From the NCBI GenBank assembly GCA_035578045.1, contig DATJWP010000188.1, positions 404-64,403 on the forward strand: a stretch of 64,000 nucleotides of DNA, read 5' to 3'. The notes under the pieces were generated by a model. That model worked only from the letters and a program-made list of their open reading frames with translations, did not search any database and was not told the DNA's origin. The translations under genes and the position numbers were made by a program. Within the stretch, counting starts at the first letter, position 1. Every line of letters starts with the position of its first letter. Shown here in pieces: positions 47,610 to 56,620 of this stretch. The DNA is from Polyangia bacterium (GTDB taxonomy: Bacteria; Myxococcota_A; Polyangia; Fen-1088).

Positions 47610-48751
47610 AGGTTCGGGTCGTTCGTTCGTTCGTCATCGCCGCCCTGGGCGTCCTGCCCCTGGCTTGCCAGAGCGCCCCCGCCGCGACGAAGCCGGTGGT
47701 GCAGCCCCCGCAGGACGAGGTCTGGCTGACCGAGCAGCAGGTTCGCGACGCCAAGGTCCGGATCGAGGCGGTCGGGAAGCACCCGGTCGGAAACGAGATC
47801 GTCACCAGCGGCAAGATCGCCTTCGACGACCTGCGCGTCTCGCACGTCTACTCGCCGGTCACCGGGCGAATCCTGCGCATCCTGGCCGAGCCGGGCCAGC
47901 GGATGAAGAAGGGCGCTCCGCTGGCGACCATCGAGTCGCCGGACGTCGGAAACGCCTTTGCCGACCTGGACAAGGCCCAGGCCGACCAGATCGCTGCCCA
48001 GCACGAGGTACGCCGGCAGCAGGAGCTGTTCGAGGCGCACGCCGGCTCGCAGCGCGACTTCGAGTCGGCCGAGGACAACTTCCGAAAGTCCAAGGCCGAA
48101 ATGGAGCGCGCGCAGCAAAAGGCGCGCCTGTTCCGTTCGGCGCAGGCCGACAAGGTCACGCAGGAGTTCACGCTGCGCGCCCCGATCGAGGGCGAGGTGA
48201 TCTTCCGCAGCGTCAACCCCGGCACCGAGATTCAGGGGCAATACTCGGGCGGCGCAGCTCCCGAGCTGTTCACGGTGGGCGAGCTGGACTCGGTCTGGGT
48301 GTTCGCCGACGTGTTCGAGATGGACCTGGCCCGGGTCAAGCGCGGCGCGCCGGTGTCGATCAAGGTCGTCGCCTACCCGGAGAAGGTGTTCGGGGGGAAG
48401 GTGGACTGGATCTCCGACGCGCTCGATCCCGTCGCGCGCACGGCCAAGGTGCGCTGCTCGATCCCGAACCCGGGGCGCGAGCTGAAGCCGGAGATGTACG
48501 CGACGGTCAGCATCTCGGTGGACGCGCCGGCGGTGTCGGCGCTGCCCCGGAGCGCGCTCCTGCGCATCGCCGATCAGACCGTGGTCTTCGTCGAGAACGG
48601 CAACACGGCCGATGGGCGCCTGAAGTTCGTCCGCCGCATCATCGCGGTGAACGAGGACGAGGGGAGCGACTACGTGCCGATCGTGCGGGGGGTCGACACG
48701 GGTGAAAAGGTCGTGACCTCGGGCGGAATTCTCCTCTCCGGAATGCTTTAG
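47606..48751 (+). CDS. RND efflux periplasmic adaptor (MFP, CzcB/HlyD-like)
   Basis: ATGA overlap with the upstream gene, lipobox-like LPLAC, and a barrel-sandwich/coiled-coil pattern. Confidence 0.8.
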   Translation: MKVRVVRSFVIAALGVLPLACQSAPAATKPVVQPPQDEVWLTEQQVRDAKVRIEAVGKHPVGNEIVTSGKIAFDDLRVSHVYSPVTGRILRILAEPGQRMKKGAPLATIESPDVGNAFADLDKAQADQIAAQHEVRRQQELFEAHAGSQRDFESAEDNFRKSKAEMERAQQKARLFRSAQADKVTQEFTLRAPIEGEVIFRSVNPGTEIQGQYSGGAAPELFTVGELDSVWVFADVFEMDLARVKRGAPVSIKVVAYPEKVFGGKVDWISDALDPVARTAKVRCSIPNPGRELKPEMYATVSISVDAPAVSALPRSALLRIADQTVVFVENGNTADGRLKFVRRIIAVNEDEGSDYVPIVRGVDTGEKVVTSGGILLSGML

Positions 48752-48771
48752 TGAATTAGAAGGCTGCGGAC

Positions 48772-51700
48772 ATGATCCCCAAGTTAGTCCGCTTCGTCCT
48801 GCGGATGCCGGCCTTCGTGCTGATCTTCGCGGCGGGGCTGGTGGCGCTGGGGCTCTACTGTTATCAGCAGCTCGACATCGAGGCCTACCCCAACCCGGTG
48901 GCGCCGATGATCGAGATCATCACCCAGCCCACCGGCTGGAGCGCCGAGGAGGTCGAGCGCTACGTCACCATCCCGCTGGAGAACGGCCTGAACGGGATGA
49001 TCGACCTGGACCACATCCGGTCGCAGTCGTTGTTCGGCCTGTCCGACGTGAAGTGCTACTTCACCTGGAGCGCCGACTACCACTTCGCGCAGCAGCGGGT
49101 GCTGAACCGGCTGAGCTTCATCACGCTGCCGCCCGGCATGACGCCGCAGCTGTCGCCCTGGAGCGCCATCGGCGAGGTGTTCCGCTACGTCGTCCGCGGC
49201 GAGGGCTACTCGCTGACCGACCTCAAGACGGCCGAGGACTGGGTCCTCGAGCGACAGTTCCGCCAGGCCCCCGGCGTCATCGACGTCGTCAGCTTCGGCG
49301 GCGAGACCAAGGAGTACCACGTCGAGGTCGACCCCTTCCGGCTGAAGGGGCACGGGGTGACGCTGACGCAGCTGGTGAACGCGCTGGCCAACGCCAACCA
49401 GAACGTGGGCGGCCAGCGCCTGACCATCGGCGAGCAGTCCTACGACGTCCGCGGCATCGGCATCATCAAGTCGCTCAGCGACATCCGCGAGGTCGTGCTG
49501 AGCGAGCAGAAGGGGACGCCGGTCCGGGTGCGGGACGTCGCCGAGGTGTCGGTCGGGCACGCGCCCCGGCTGGGCATCGTCGGCAAGGACCTGGAGCCCG
49601 ACGTCGTGCAGGGGACCGTGCTCATGCGCTACGGCGGCGACTCGATGAAGACGCTGCAGTCGGTGCACGAGCGTCTCGACTACATGAACCATTACCATGT
49701 GCTGCCGCCGGGCATGCGCATCGAGCCGTACTACGACCGCGCCACGCTGGTGAAGCTGACGACCCACACCGTCCTCGAGAACCTGGTGATGGGCATGTTC
49801 CTGGTGGCGGTGGTGCTCTGGCTGTTCCTGGGCCACGGGCGGGCCGCGCTGATCACGGCGCTCAACATCCCGCTGGCGCTGATGTGCGCCTTCATCGGGA
49901 TGGTGTTCACCGGCACGCCCGCCAACCTGATCTCGCTGGGCGCGGTCGACTTCGGCATCGTCGTCGATTCGACGGTCATCGTGATGGAGAACGTGTTCCG
50001 GCACATGGCCGCGCCCGGCAAGCGCAACTCGATCGAGCGCATCCTGCTGGCGGCGGGCGAGGTCGGACCGCCGATGTTCTCGTCGACGCTGGTCATCGCG
50101 GTGGCCTTCATCCCGCTGTTCACGCTGTCCGGGGTGTCGGGCGTGATCTTCTCGCCCATGGCCCACACCTACGCCTTCGCGATCGGCGGCGCCATCGTGC
50201 TGTCGCTGACCCTGACGCCGGTGCTGGCCGAGCGCGGCCTGAAGATCGGCACGCTGGGCGACCACGAGCACGACAACTGGCTGATGCGGGCGCTCAAGCG
50301 CTTCTACATCCCGCTGTTCAACTTTTCGCTGCGGCACAAGAAGACGGCCGTGGCCATCGGCACGACCGTGGTCCTGGCCAGCCTGATCGCGGGCACCCGG
50401 CTGGGGCGCGAGTTCATGCCCAAGCTCGAAGAGGGGAACTTCTGGATCCGCGCCACGCTGCCCACGTCGATCTCGCTGGAGCAGTCGTCGAAGTACGTCG
50501 GGCGGATGCGGTCGGTCATCCTGGGCTGCCCCGGCGAGGGGAGCTGCGACCTGGCCAGCCGCAAGCGGCCCGAGATCACCAGCGTCGTGTCGCAGCTGGG
50601 CCGCCCCGACGACGGCACCGACGTCTCGGGGTTCTACAACATCGAGCTCTTCGCGCCGCTCAAGCCGTCCAAGGACTGGCGGCGGGGCGTCACCAAGGAG
50701 CAGATGACCGAGGACCTCTCGCACGAGCTGGGCGAGGCCTTCCCCGGCGTCATCTTCAACTTCTCCCAGATGATCTCGGACAACGTCGAGGAGGCGATGT
50801 CGGGGGTCAAGGGCGAGAACACGGTGAAGGTGTTCGGCCCCGACCTGCGCGTCAACGAGGCCAAGGCCAACGAGATCGTCGACGTGATGGCCAAGATCAA
50901 GGGGGTCGAGGACCTGGCGCTGTTCCCGTCGCTGGGGCAGCCGGACGTGCGCATCACCCCCAACCGCGTGATGTGCGGCCGCTACGGTCTGAACGTGGGC
51001 GACGTGGCCGCCGTCGTGCAGGCGGCCATCGGCGGCCAGGCCGTCACGCAGGTCTACGAGGGGGAGAAGCACTTCGACCTGACCGTCCGCTGGGCCGCGG
51101 CCTATCGCAAGGACCTGAAGGCGATCCGGGACATCCTGGTGGCCACGCCCGACGGGGCGCAGGTGCCGCTGGGGCAGATCGCGCACATCGAGAAGGAAGA
51201 GGGCCCGTCGCTCATCTACCGCGAGGACAACCGGCGGTACGCGCCGGTCAAGTTCTCCGTGCGCGGGCGCGACCTGGCGTCGACCATCCACGAGGCGCAG
51301 GAGGAGATCGAGGCCAAGGTGAAGCTCCCCTACGACACGCACCTCGAGTGGGCGGGCGAGATCAACCAGCTGAACGAGGCGACCGGACGGCTGGCGCTGA
51401 TCATCCCGCTGACGCTGCTGGTGATCGCGATGCTGGTCTATTCGTCGGTGAAGAACTGGAAGGACATGCTGATCGTGCTGGCCGGCATCCCGGTCGCCTG
51501 CACCGGCGGCATCCTGGCGCTGTTCATCACCCGCACGCACTTCTCGATCTCGGCGGCGATGGGGTTCATCTCGATCTTCGGGGTGTCGATCCAGGACGCG
51601 CTGCTGGTGGTCACCTACGCGCAGCGGCTCTGGAACGAGGGGCACGGGCTGGAAGAAGGGGCGCGCGAGGCCGCCGAGCGCTGGCTGCGCCCGGTGCTGA

Positions 51701-52002
51701 TGACCACGTTCGTGGCGATGCTGGGCCTGACCCCGGCCGCGCTCTCCCACGGCATCGGCGCGGACACGCAGAAGCCGCTGGCCATCGTCGTCATCGGCGG
51801 CGCGCTGATCCTGGCGTTGCTGCCGCGCCTGCTGCAGCCGCCGTTGCTGGTGCTGGCGCACCAGCGCGAGCGGCGCTGGACCCGCCGGTCCGAGGCCCTG
51901 CGCGCGCTGGAGGCCCACCGGCGCGCGACGGAGGGGACCAACCCGACGCTCTCGCTCAAGCTGCCGCAGCCGCCGGAGGGCGGGGGCGACTCGCAAGGCT
52001 GA
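48772..52002 (+). CDS. CusA/CzcA-family heavy-metal efflux RND transporter
   Basis: 1076 aa with 12 TM helices. TM4 DFGIVVDSTVIVMEN fits the HME-RND DFG-x3-D-x6-EN signature. Confidence 0.9.
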   Translation: MIPKLVRFVLRMPAFVLIFAAGLVALGLYCYQQLDIEAYPNPVAPMIEIITQPTGWSAEEVERYVTIPLENGLNGMIDLDHIRSQSLFGLSDVKCYFTWSADYHFAQQRVLNRLSFITLPPGMTPQLSPWSAIGEVFRYVVRGEGYSLTDLKTAEDWVLERQFRQAPGVIDVVSFGGETKEYHVEVDPFRLKGHGVTLTQLVNALANANQNVGGQRLTIGEQSYDVRGIGIIKSLSDIREVVLSEQKGTPVRVRDVAEVSVGHAPRLGIVGKDLEPDVVQGTVLMRYGGDSMKTLQSVHERLDYMNHYHVLPPGMRIEPYYDRATLVKLTTHTVLENLVMGMFLVAVVLWLFLGHGRAALITALNIPLALMCAFIGMVFTGTPANLISLGAVDFGIVVDSTVIVMENVFRHMAAPGKRNSIERILLAAGEVGPPMFSSTLVIAVAFIPLFTLSGVSGVIFSPMAHTYAFAIGGAIVLSLTLTPVLAERGLKIGTLGDHEHDNWLMRALKRFYIPLFNFSLRHKKTAVAIGTTVVLASLIAGTRLGREFMPKLEEGNFWIRATLPTSISLEQSSKYVGRMRSVILGCPGEGSCDLASRKRPEITSVVSQLGRPDDGTDVSGFYNIELFAPLKPSKDWRRGVTKEQMTEDLSHELGEAFPGVIFNFSQMISDNVEEAMSGVKGENTVKVFGPDLRVNEAKANEIVDVMAKIKGVEDLALFPSLGQPDVRITPNRVMCGRYGLNVGDVAAVVQAAIGGQAVTQVYEGEKHFDLTVRWAAAYRKDLKAIRDILVATPDGAQVPLGQIAHIEKEEGPSLIYREDNRRYAPVKFSVRGRDLASTIHEAQEEIEAKVKLPYDTHLEWAGEINQLNEATGRLALIIPLTLLVIAMLVYSSVKNWKDMLIVLAGIPVACTGGILALFITRTHFSISAAMGFISIFGVSIQDALLVVTYAQRLWNEGHGLEEGAREAAERWLRPVLMTTFVAMLGLTPAALSHGIGADTQKPLAIVVIGGALILALLPRLLQPPLLVLAHQRERRWTRRSEALRALEAHRRATEGTNPTLSLKLPQPPEGGGDSQG

Positions 52003-52004
52003 AC

Positions 52005-52122
52005 GCGTTGACGGAGCTGGGCTTTGCCCAGCCCGGGGTCCCCGCGAAGGTCCGCCTTCGCGGGGTGGTTTGGAGTCGTCGCGGGAGGTTCAAGGAACCC
52101 TCCCAGGGTTCCTGTCTGATCG
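52005..52122. repeat. Hairpin-rich short repeat, copy B (REP/MITE-like), with an extra internal 11-bp stem-loop
   Basis: The arms match copy A in inverted orientation. The internal CCCCGCGAAGG-tccg-CCTTCGCGGGG (52040-52065) is absent from copy A. The repeat spans the czcA / HTTM convergent junction. Confidence 0.7.
52040..52073 (+). terminator. Possible terminator for the efflux operon (11-bp GC stem, 4-nt loop, then TGGTTTGG)
   Basis: Strong stem 38 nt after the czcA stop. The U-tract is weak. Confidence 0.35.
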
Positions 52123-53007
52123 AAAAAGCTTCTTGAGCCATCGCTCGGGCATGTAGCACGCGAGCAACAGCGTGCTCATCAGCAGCGCGAACCAGATCAC
52201 CGGACCGAACATCAGCCCGATGAGCGCGTGCATCGACAGCGCGGCCACGACGGCGACGGGCCGGGTCCAGCGCAGCGCGAACCAGAGGGGCGCCAGCACC
52301 TCGAAGGCCAGCGACAGGTACTGCAGCCCCTGCCACCCCCAGGCCGGCACCGCCCGCCCCAGCGCCCACGACACGATGGTCTGGTAGTTGTCGTGCAGGT
52401 GGCTCCAGAGCACGTCGCCGCCCAGCCAGTCGCCGCGCAGCTTGGCGATCCCCGCGCCCGAGTACATCGCCGCCAGGAACACCTGGAAGAAGCGGATCAC
52501 GCCGCCCGAGACGTGCGTCGGCAGCAGCTCGCCGGGGTGTTTGCGACGCCGCAGCCAGGCATCCACGCTGTAACGCGCCCCGGATGGCGTCAGGCAGAGC
52601 GCCAGCGACAGCATCGGCCCCAGCTTGCTGACCGTGAACGCCTCCAGCCGGTCGGCCAGCGCGACGTAGGCCAGCAACGTCGCGAAGACCGCGGCGGCCG
52701 CGCGCGTGAACAGCCCCGCCGCCACGCACAGGCCCGACACCACCATGGCGACGCCGATCGCCCAGGCCAGGCCGATCGGCACCGGCGGGATGTAGAGCGG
52801 CTGGCGCCAGTCGCCGCCCAGGTCGGGGACCCGGAAGCCGGCGGCGCTGAGCCATTCGTCCGCGTGCGCGATGCGCGAGGACTGAAACGCGAGCAGCACC
52901 AGCGGCAGCACGATGCGCGCCAGGGCCAGCCGCTCGATCGGCTGCGGCGCGTCCAGCCAGGCGCGAAGCTTCTCGGTCCAGGTCTGCTGGACGACGGCCT
53001 GCCTCAT
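52090..53007 (-). CDS. HTTM (vitamin K-dependent gamma-carboxylase-like) domain membrane protein
   Basis: N-terminus WLDAPQPIERLALARIVLPLVLLAFQ..., multi-TM. ATGA overlap with the upstream gene. The track ORF start at 53553 is an extension across that gene. Confidence 0.65.
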   Translation of the reverse strand: MRQAVVQQTWTEKLRAWLDAPQPIERLALARIVLPLVLLAFQSSRIAHADEWLSAAGFRVPDLGGDWRQPLYIPPVPIGLAWAIGVAMVVSGLCVAAGLFTRAAAAVFATLLAYVALADRLEAFTVSKLGPMLSLALCLTPSGARYSVDAWLRRRKHPGELLPTHVSGGVIRFFQVFLAAMYSGAGIAKLRGDWLGGDVLWSHLHDNYQTIVSWALGRAVPAWGWQGLQYLSLAFEVLAPLWFALRWTRPVAVVAALSMHALIGLMFGPVIWFALLMSTLLLACYMPERWLKKLFRSDRNPGRVP

Positions 53008-53630
53008 GGCGACTTGCGCTCCGCGCAACGTTGCTCGCGCTCGGCCGACCCCGTGACGTACCAGTACTTGCGCTGCACCTCTTGCGGGTACTCGGACAGC
53101 GGCAGCCGCTGGTAGCGCGGCGCGGGCGTCCCGGCCGGCGGAATGGGGATGCGCAAGCTCAGCAGCATCACGCCGCCGATCGGCTGGTCGGGGTGCAGTC
53201 GGTTCTGCTCGCGCTCGAGGTACGCGTCCAGCGCCTCGAGCACGCGCCGCTGGCGATAGTGAAAGAACATCGCGCGATAAAAACGGTTCTCCTTGTCGTC
53301 GCGCCGGATCGGGAAGAACGGGCGAACGTCCAGCTCCTCGAAGCGGCCGAGATCGCACCGCCACGCTTCGGCCCGCCATTCGATGACGTCGCGCGCCGCG
53401 TGGGGAAACAGCTCGGCCTCCTGCACGAAGAAGCGCAGCGGCAGCGGCAAGATCACGTCGGCGAGCTTGAGCCCCGCGCCCTCGAGCCAGACCAGCAGGG
53501 CGTAGGCGGCGGCCAGGACCGTGACCAGGGTCCTGGCGCGACGCGAGAGCCACGGCTGCGCCACGACACGCCCATCCGTCGGTCGTGCCCCGGCCTTGCC
53601 GGGCTTCGCCGTGCTCGAGCCCGCCGCCAT
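53004..53630 (-). CDS. Hypothetical membrane-anchored protein, translationally coupled to the HTTM gene
   Basis: One N-terminal TM helix (TLVTVLAAAYALLVWL). G/C-rich third positions. No family recognised. Confidence 0.5.
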   Translation of the reverse strand: MAAGSSTAKPGKAGARPTDGRVVAQPWLSRRARTLVTVLAAAYALLVWLEGAGLKLADVILPLPLRFFVQEAELFPHAARDVIEWRAEAWRCDLGRFEELDVRPFFPIRRDDKENRFYRAMFFHYRQRRVLEALDAYLEREQNRLHPDQPIGGVMLLSLRIPIPPAGTPAPRYQRLPLSEYPQEVQRKYWYVTGSAEREQRCAERKSP

Positions 53631-53751
53631 GCGCTGGATCTATCAGCAGTCGGGCCCAGGCTTGAAGGAAAAGCGAGTGGGGTGTGCGGGGAGATCCATT
53701 AACCGAAACGCTGGCTTCGGGTCATTCATCTGAATCCTGGAGGTTTCGAAC

Positions 53752-54198
53752 ATGCGACGGATACTCACGCTGGTGCTTGGGGTTGCCCTGACGGCTCTGC
53801 CCGCCGCGGCGTTCGCTCGCGGCGGTGGGTTTCACGGCGGGGGCGGTGGCTTTCACGGCGGGGGCGGGTTCCACGCAGCGCCGGCCGGCGGGTTCCACGC
53901 CGCCCAGGCGCCGGGCTTCCGCGCAGCGCCCGGCTACTACCACGGGGGCGGATATGGCTGGCACGGCGGCTACGGCTATCGCGCCCCGACCTACGGCGGG
54001 ATCGGCGGCCGCTACGTCGGCCCGGGCTACCGCTTCTATCACCCGGGCTACTGGGGCTGGAACGGCGGCGTGCGCGTCTGGATTGGCCCGGGCTGGGGCT
54101 ACCCGTACGCCACCCCCGGCTGCAGCTGGGTCCAGCCCGGCTGGGTCTGGAACGGCGCTCAGTGGGTCTGGCAGGAAGGCTACTGCGCGTCGTACTGA
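53752..54198 (+). CDS. Small secreted Gly/His/Tyr/Trp-rich protein (GGFH repeats, YxWGxW-like C-terminus)
   Basis: Signal peptide ending AAFA. Four GGFH units. YWGWNGG and WVWNGAQWVW. Terminal Cys pair. Confidence 0.6.
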   Translation: MRRILTLVLGVALTALPAAAFARGGGFHGGGGGFHGGGGFHAAPAGGFHAAQAPGFRAAPGYYHGGGYGWHGGYGYRAPTYGGIGGRYVGPGYRFYHPGYWGWNGGVRVWIGPGWGYPYATPGCSWVQPGWVWNGAQWVWQEGYCASY

Positions 54199-55988
54199 GG
54201 CTTCCGGCCTCCGGCCTCGGGCCTCGGGGAAGAAAGTCGAAGGCGCCGGCGGCGATTGGCGGCGAGCGCCAGGGCGGCCAGCATGATGGCCAGGCCGCCG
54301 GCGCCCGGACCGCTCGCGTCGCACGAGCAGGTCTGGATGCCGCCCGGGTGTCCCATCGGCGTGATACCGCCCGTTCCGGGGCTGGCGCCGCCCGTGCCGC
54401 CCAGGTAGCCACCGCTGCCGGTCGTGCCGCCGGTCGCGGGATAGCCGCCGGTGCCGCTGACGCCGCCGGTCGCCGACTGGCCGCCGGTGCCGGTCGACAC
54501 GCCCGCGTCGTGCGGGACGATGGGCCCGCCGGCCGGGATGGCGCACTCACCGTCGTTGCATAGCTGTCCGACCGGGCAGACCACGCCCTGGCAAGCGTCC
54601 ACGCAAGCGCCCTTGACGCACACCTGCGGTGCCTTGCAGGTGAGCTTCTCGCAGCCGCTGTCGACGCAGCTCCCGCTGTTGCTGCAGGTCTGGCCGGCCG
54701 CGCAGGGGCGGCACGAGCAAGGCGGCACGCACGCGCCGTTGTCGCAGATGGGCGTGTTGCCGGTGCACTTCACGCCGTCGCACGGGTCGACGCAGCTGCC
54801 GATGCGGCAGACCTGTCCCGGCGGGCAGATCACGCCGTTGCAACCACCAATACAGGTCCCCTCGTAGCAGGTCTGCTCGAGCCCACAGGTGACCCCGATG
54901 CACGCGGGATCCTTGCAGAGCTGGTCGGCGTGGTCGCACTCGGTCGGGGGGTTGCAAGGGAACTCGCTGTTGGTGCAGGCGCCCAGGCACTGCCCCTGGC
55001 TGCACACGAACCCCGTCGGACAGAGGCCGGGCGCGTCCGGGTCGTCGACGACGCCGTTGCAGTCATCGTCGAGGCCGTTGCAGACCTCGTTCGACTTCTG
55101 GATGTTGGGCTGGCAGGTGATCATCTGACCGCCGCTGGAGCACTGGGTGGTCCCACCCGCGCACACGCCGGGCATGCCGGTGTCGCAGTCGACCCCGCCA
55201 CCCTGGCAGTTGAGACCGGTCACATAAAAGACGAAGTCGTTGAAGTCGCCGTCACAGTTCTGATTCCACGACGCCGGCGTCATCGGCTCGTCTTCGAACG
55301 CGATGTAGTACGAGCTGGGGTCAACGGTCGACTGATAGATGAGCGTCGTGACCCATGGAACGTTGTACTTCGTCGAGATGGTGTTTAGGTTGGCCTCTGA
55401 ATACTTCGTCTGCGAGCACTGGCCCGAGTTGCCCATCAGTGCAAACCCGACCTGGCCGCCCTTATAGCGCGTGTCGCTGGCGATCGACGAGGCGTTCCAC
55501 GTGTAGTTCACCCAAGTGTGCTGCCCAGCCTGGTTCGGATCCATGTTCGGCTCGGCCATCGGGCAGAAATCCCCGTCGGTGCAGCTTATGCCCATGGGAG
55601 GCGCTTGCTTCAGGTTAGCCGGCACCAGGACGTAGATCTGATTCGCCGCCGGCGGCGTGTTGCTTCCCGGCATGGCGTTGTACCAGCCCAGCGCATTGGC
55701 GCAGCCGCCGCCGTGAAGAACGATCTGACCTGTGAACCCGCACTGGGGCGAGAACGTCCCTGGCGTAGTCTGCGCATCCTTGGACGGATTGAGTGTCTCG
55801 CCGCGAATCGCGAACAAGCCGGCCAAAGTGTCATCGCTCGCCATGAACCCTCGGCTGGTGACCACGGAGATCTCCGCCGCCGGCGTAGGCTGGGGCAGCA
55901 TCGTACCGTCCGGCTCGCTGACGGTCGCGTGGGCGGGCGCGCTCGCGGCGATCGCCAGCGCGGCGAGCGGAAGCCGCATTTTGCGCAT
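54180..55988 (-). CDS. Secreted DUF4114 + Cys-rich repeat protein with MYXO-CTERM-like sorting tail
   Basis: Signal peptide MRKMRLPLAALAIAASAPAHA. ...CDGDFNDFVFYVTGL (DUF4114). CNGLDDDCNGVVDD and many C-x-x-G-x-C repeats. The tail is CSCDASGPGAGGLAIMLAALALAANRRRR. The start was moved from 56426. Confidence 0.75.
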   Translation of the reverse strand: MRKMRLPLAALAIAASAPAHATVSEPDGTMLPQPTPAAEISVVTSRGFMASDDTLAGLFAIRGETLNPSKDAQTTPGTFSPQCGFTGQIVLHGGGCANALGWYNAMPGSNTPPAANQIYVLVPANLKQAPPMGISCTDGDFCPMAEPNMDPNQAGQHTWVNYTWNASSIASDTRYKGGQVGFALMGNSGQCSQTKYSEANLNTISTKYNVPWVTTLIYQSTVDPSSYYIAFEDEPMTPASWNQNCDGDFNDFVFYVTGLNCQGGGVDCDTGMPGVCAGGTTQCSSGGQMITCQPNIQKSNEVCNGLDDDCNGVVDDPDAPGLCPTGFVCSQGQCLGACTNSEFPCNPPTECDHADQLCKDPACIGVTCGLEQTCYEGTCIGGCNGVICPPGQVCRIGSCVDPCDGVKCTGNTPICDNGACVPPCSCRPCAAGQTCSNSGSCVDSGCEKLTCKAPQVCVKGACVDACQGVVCPVGQLCNDGECAIPAGGPIVPHDAGVSTGTGGQSATGGVSGTGGYPATGGTTGSGGYLGGTGGASPGTGGITPMGHPGGIQTCSCDASGPGAGGLAIMLAALALAANRRRRLRLSSPRPEAGGRKPQYDAQ

Positions 55989-56110
55989 AGCAAAGCTAAG
56001 GGGGGCCCGCTCCATCCTCGGATCTTGCGCTTTTTCTCGCGATCCGGGAAGGCTGTTGCCGCGAGGATCCGGCCGAGGTAGATCGGACGCCACTTTTGGG
56101 AGGCCCCGCA

Positions 56111-56620
56111 ATGGAGTACTTGATCGTTCGACAGTTCGCTCGGTCGCTCCGGAACCTGGACGTGATCCTGGAGAAGGCGCTGAAGCACGCGGAAGCGCGC
56201 AAGTTCGACCCGGACAACATGTTCGGGCTCCGCCTGTTCCCGGACATGCTGCCGTTCGCGACACAGGTCCGGATCGCCTGTGACACCGCCAAGGCGACCG
56301 CCGCCAACCTGGCGGGCAAGGAGGCGCCGAAGCACGAGGACAACGAGAAGACTTTCGCCGAGTTGCGCGGCCGGATTGGCAAGTGCCTGGCCTATCTGGA
56401 GACGCTGACGGAGAAGGACTTCGCAAATGTGAAGCCTGACGCGCTGGTCAAGCTGCCGAACCGCCCCGGCAAGGCAATGCACGCGCGCGAGTACCTGATT
56501 GCGCGTCAGGTTCCGAACTTCTACTTCCACGTCACGACCGCCTACGACCTGCTGCGCACGAGCGGCGTCGAGCTGGGGAAGGCCGACTACCTGGGACCGC
56601 TGGATATCGTCGAAGCTTGA
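56111..56620 (+). CDS. DUF1993 domain protein
   Basis: MEYLIVRQFARSLRNLDVILEKA...FPDMLPFATQVRIACD...NFYFHVTTAYDLLR matches DUF1993 from memory. GGGAGG RBS. Confidence 0.7.
   Translation: MEYLIVRQFARSLRNLDVILEKALKHAEARKFDPDNMFGLRLFPDMLPFATQVRIACDTAKATAANLAGKEAPKHEDNEKTFAELRGRIGKCLAYLETLTEKDFANVKPDALVKLPNRPGKAMHAREYLIARQVPNFYFHVTTAYDLLRTSGVELGKADYLGPLDIVEA

Noticed and set aside
46283-48751. 822-aa ORF apparently fusing the outer-membrane factor and adaptor genes
   Set aside because: Only its last 381 aa (from ATG 47606) are the real MFP. The upstream part is an out-of-frame reading of the TolC-like gene.
48784-52136. 1070-aa minus-strand and 1027-aa plus-strand ORFs overlapping the RND transporter
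   Set aside because: Frame +1 at 48772 gives a textbook CzcA/CusA protein. The other two frames are Arg/Asp/Gly-rich noise kept open by GC bias.
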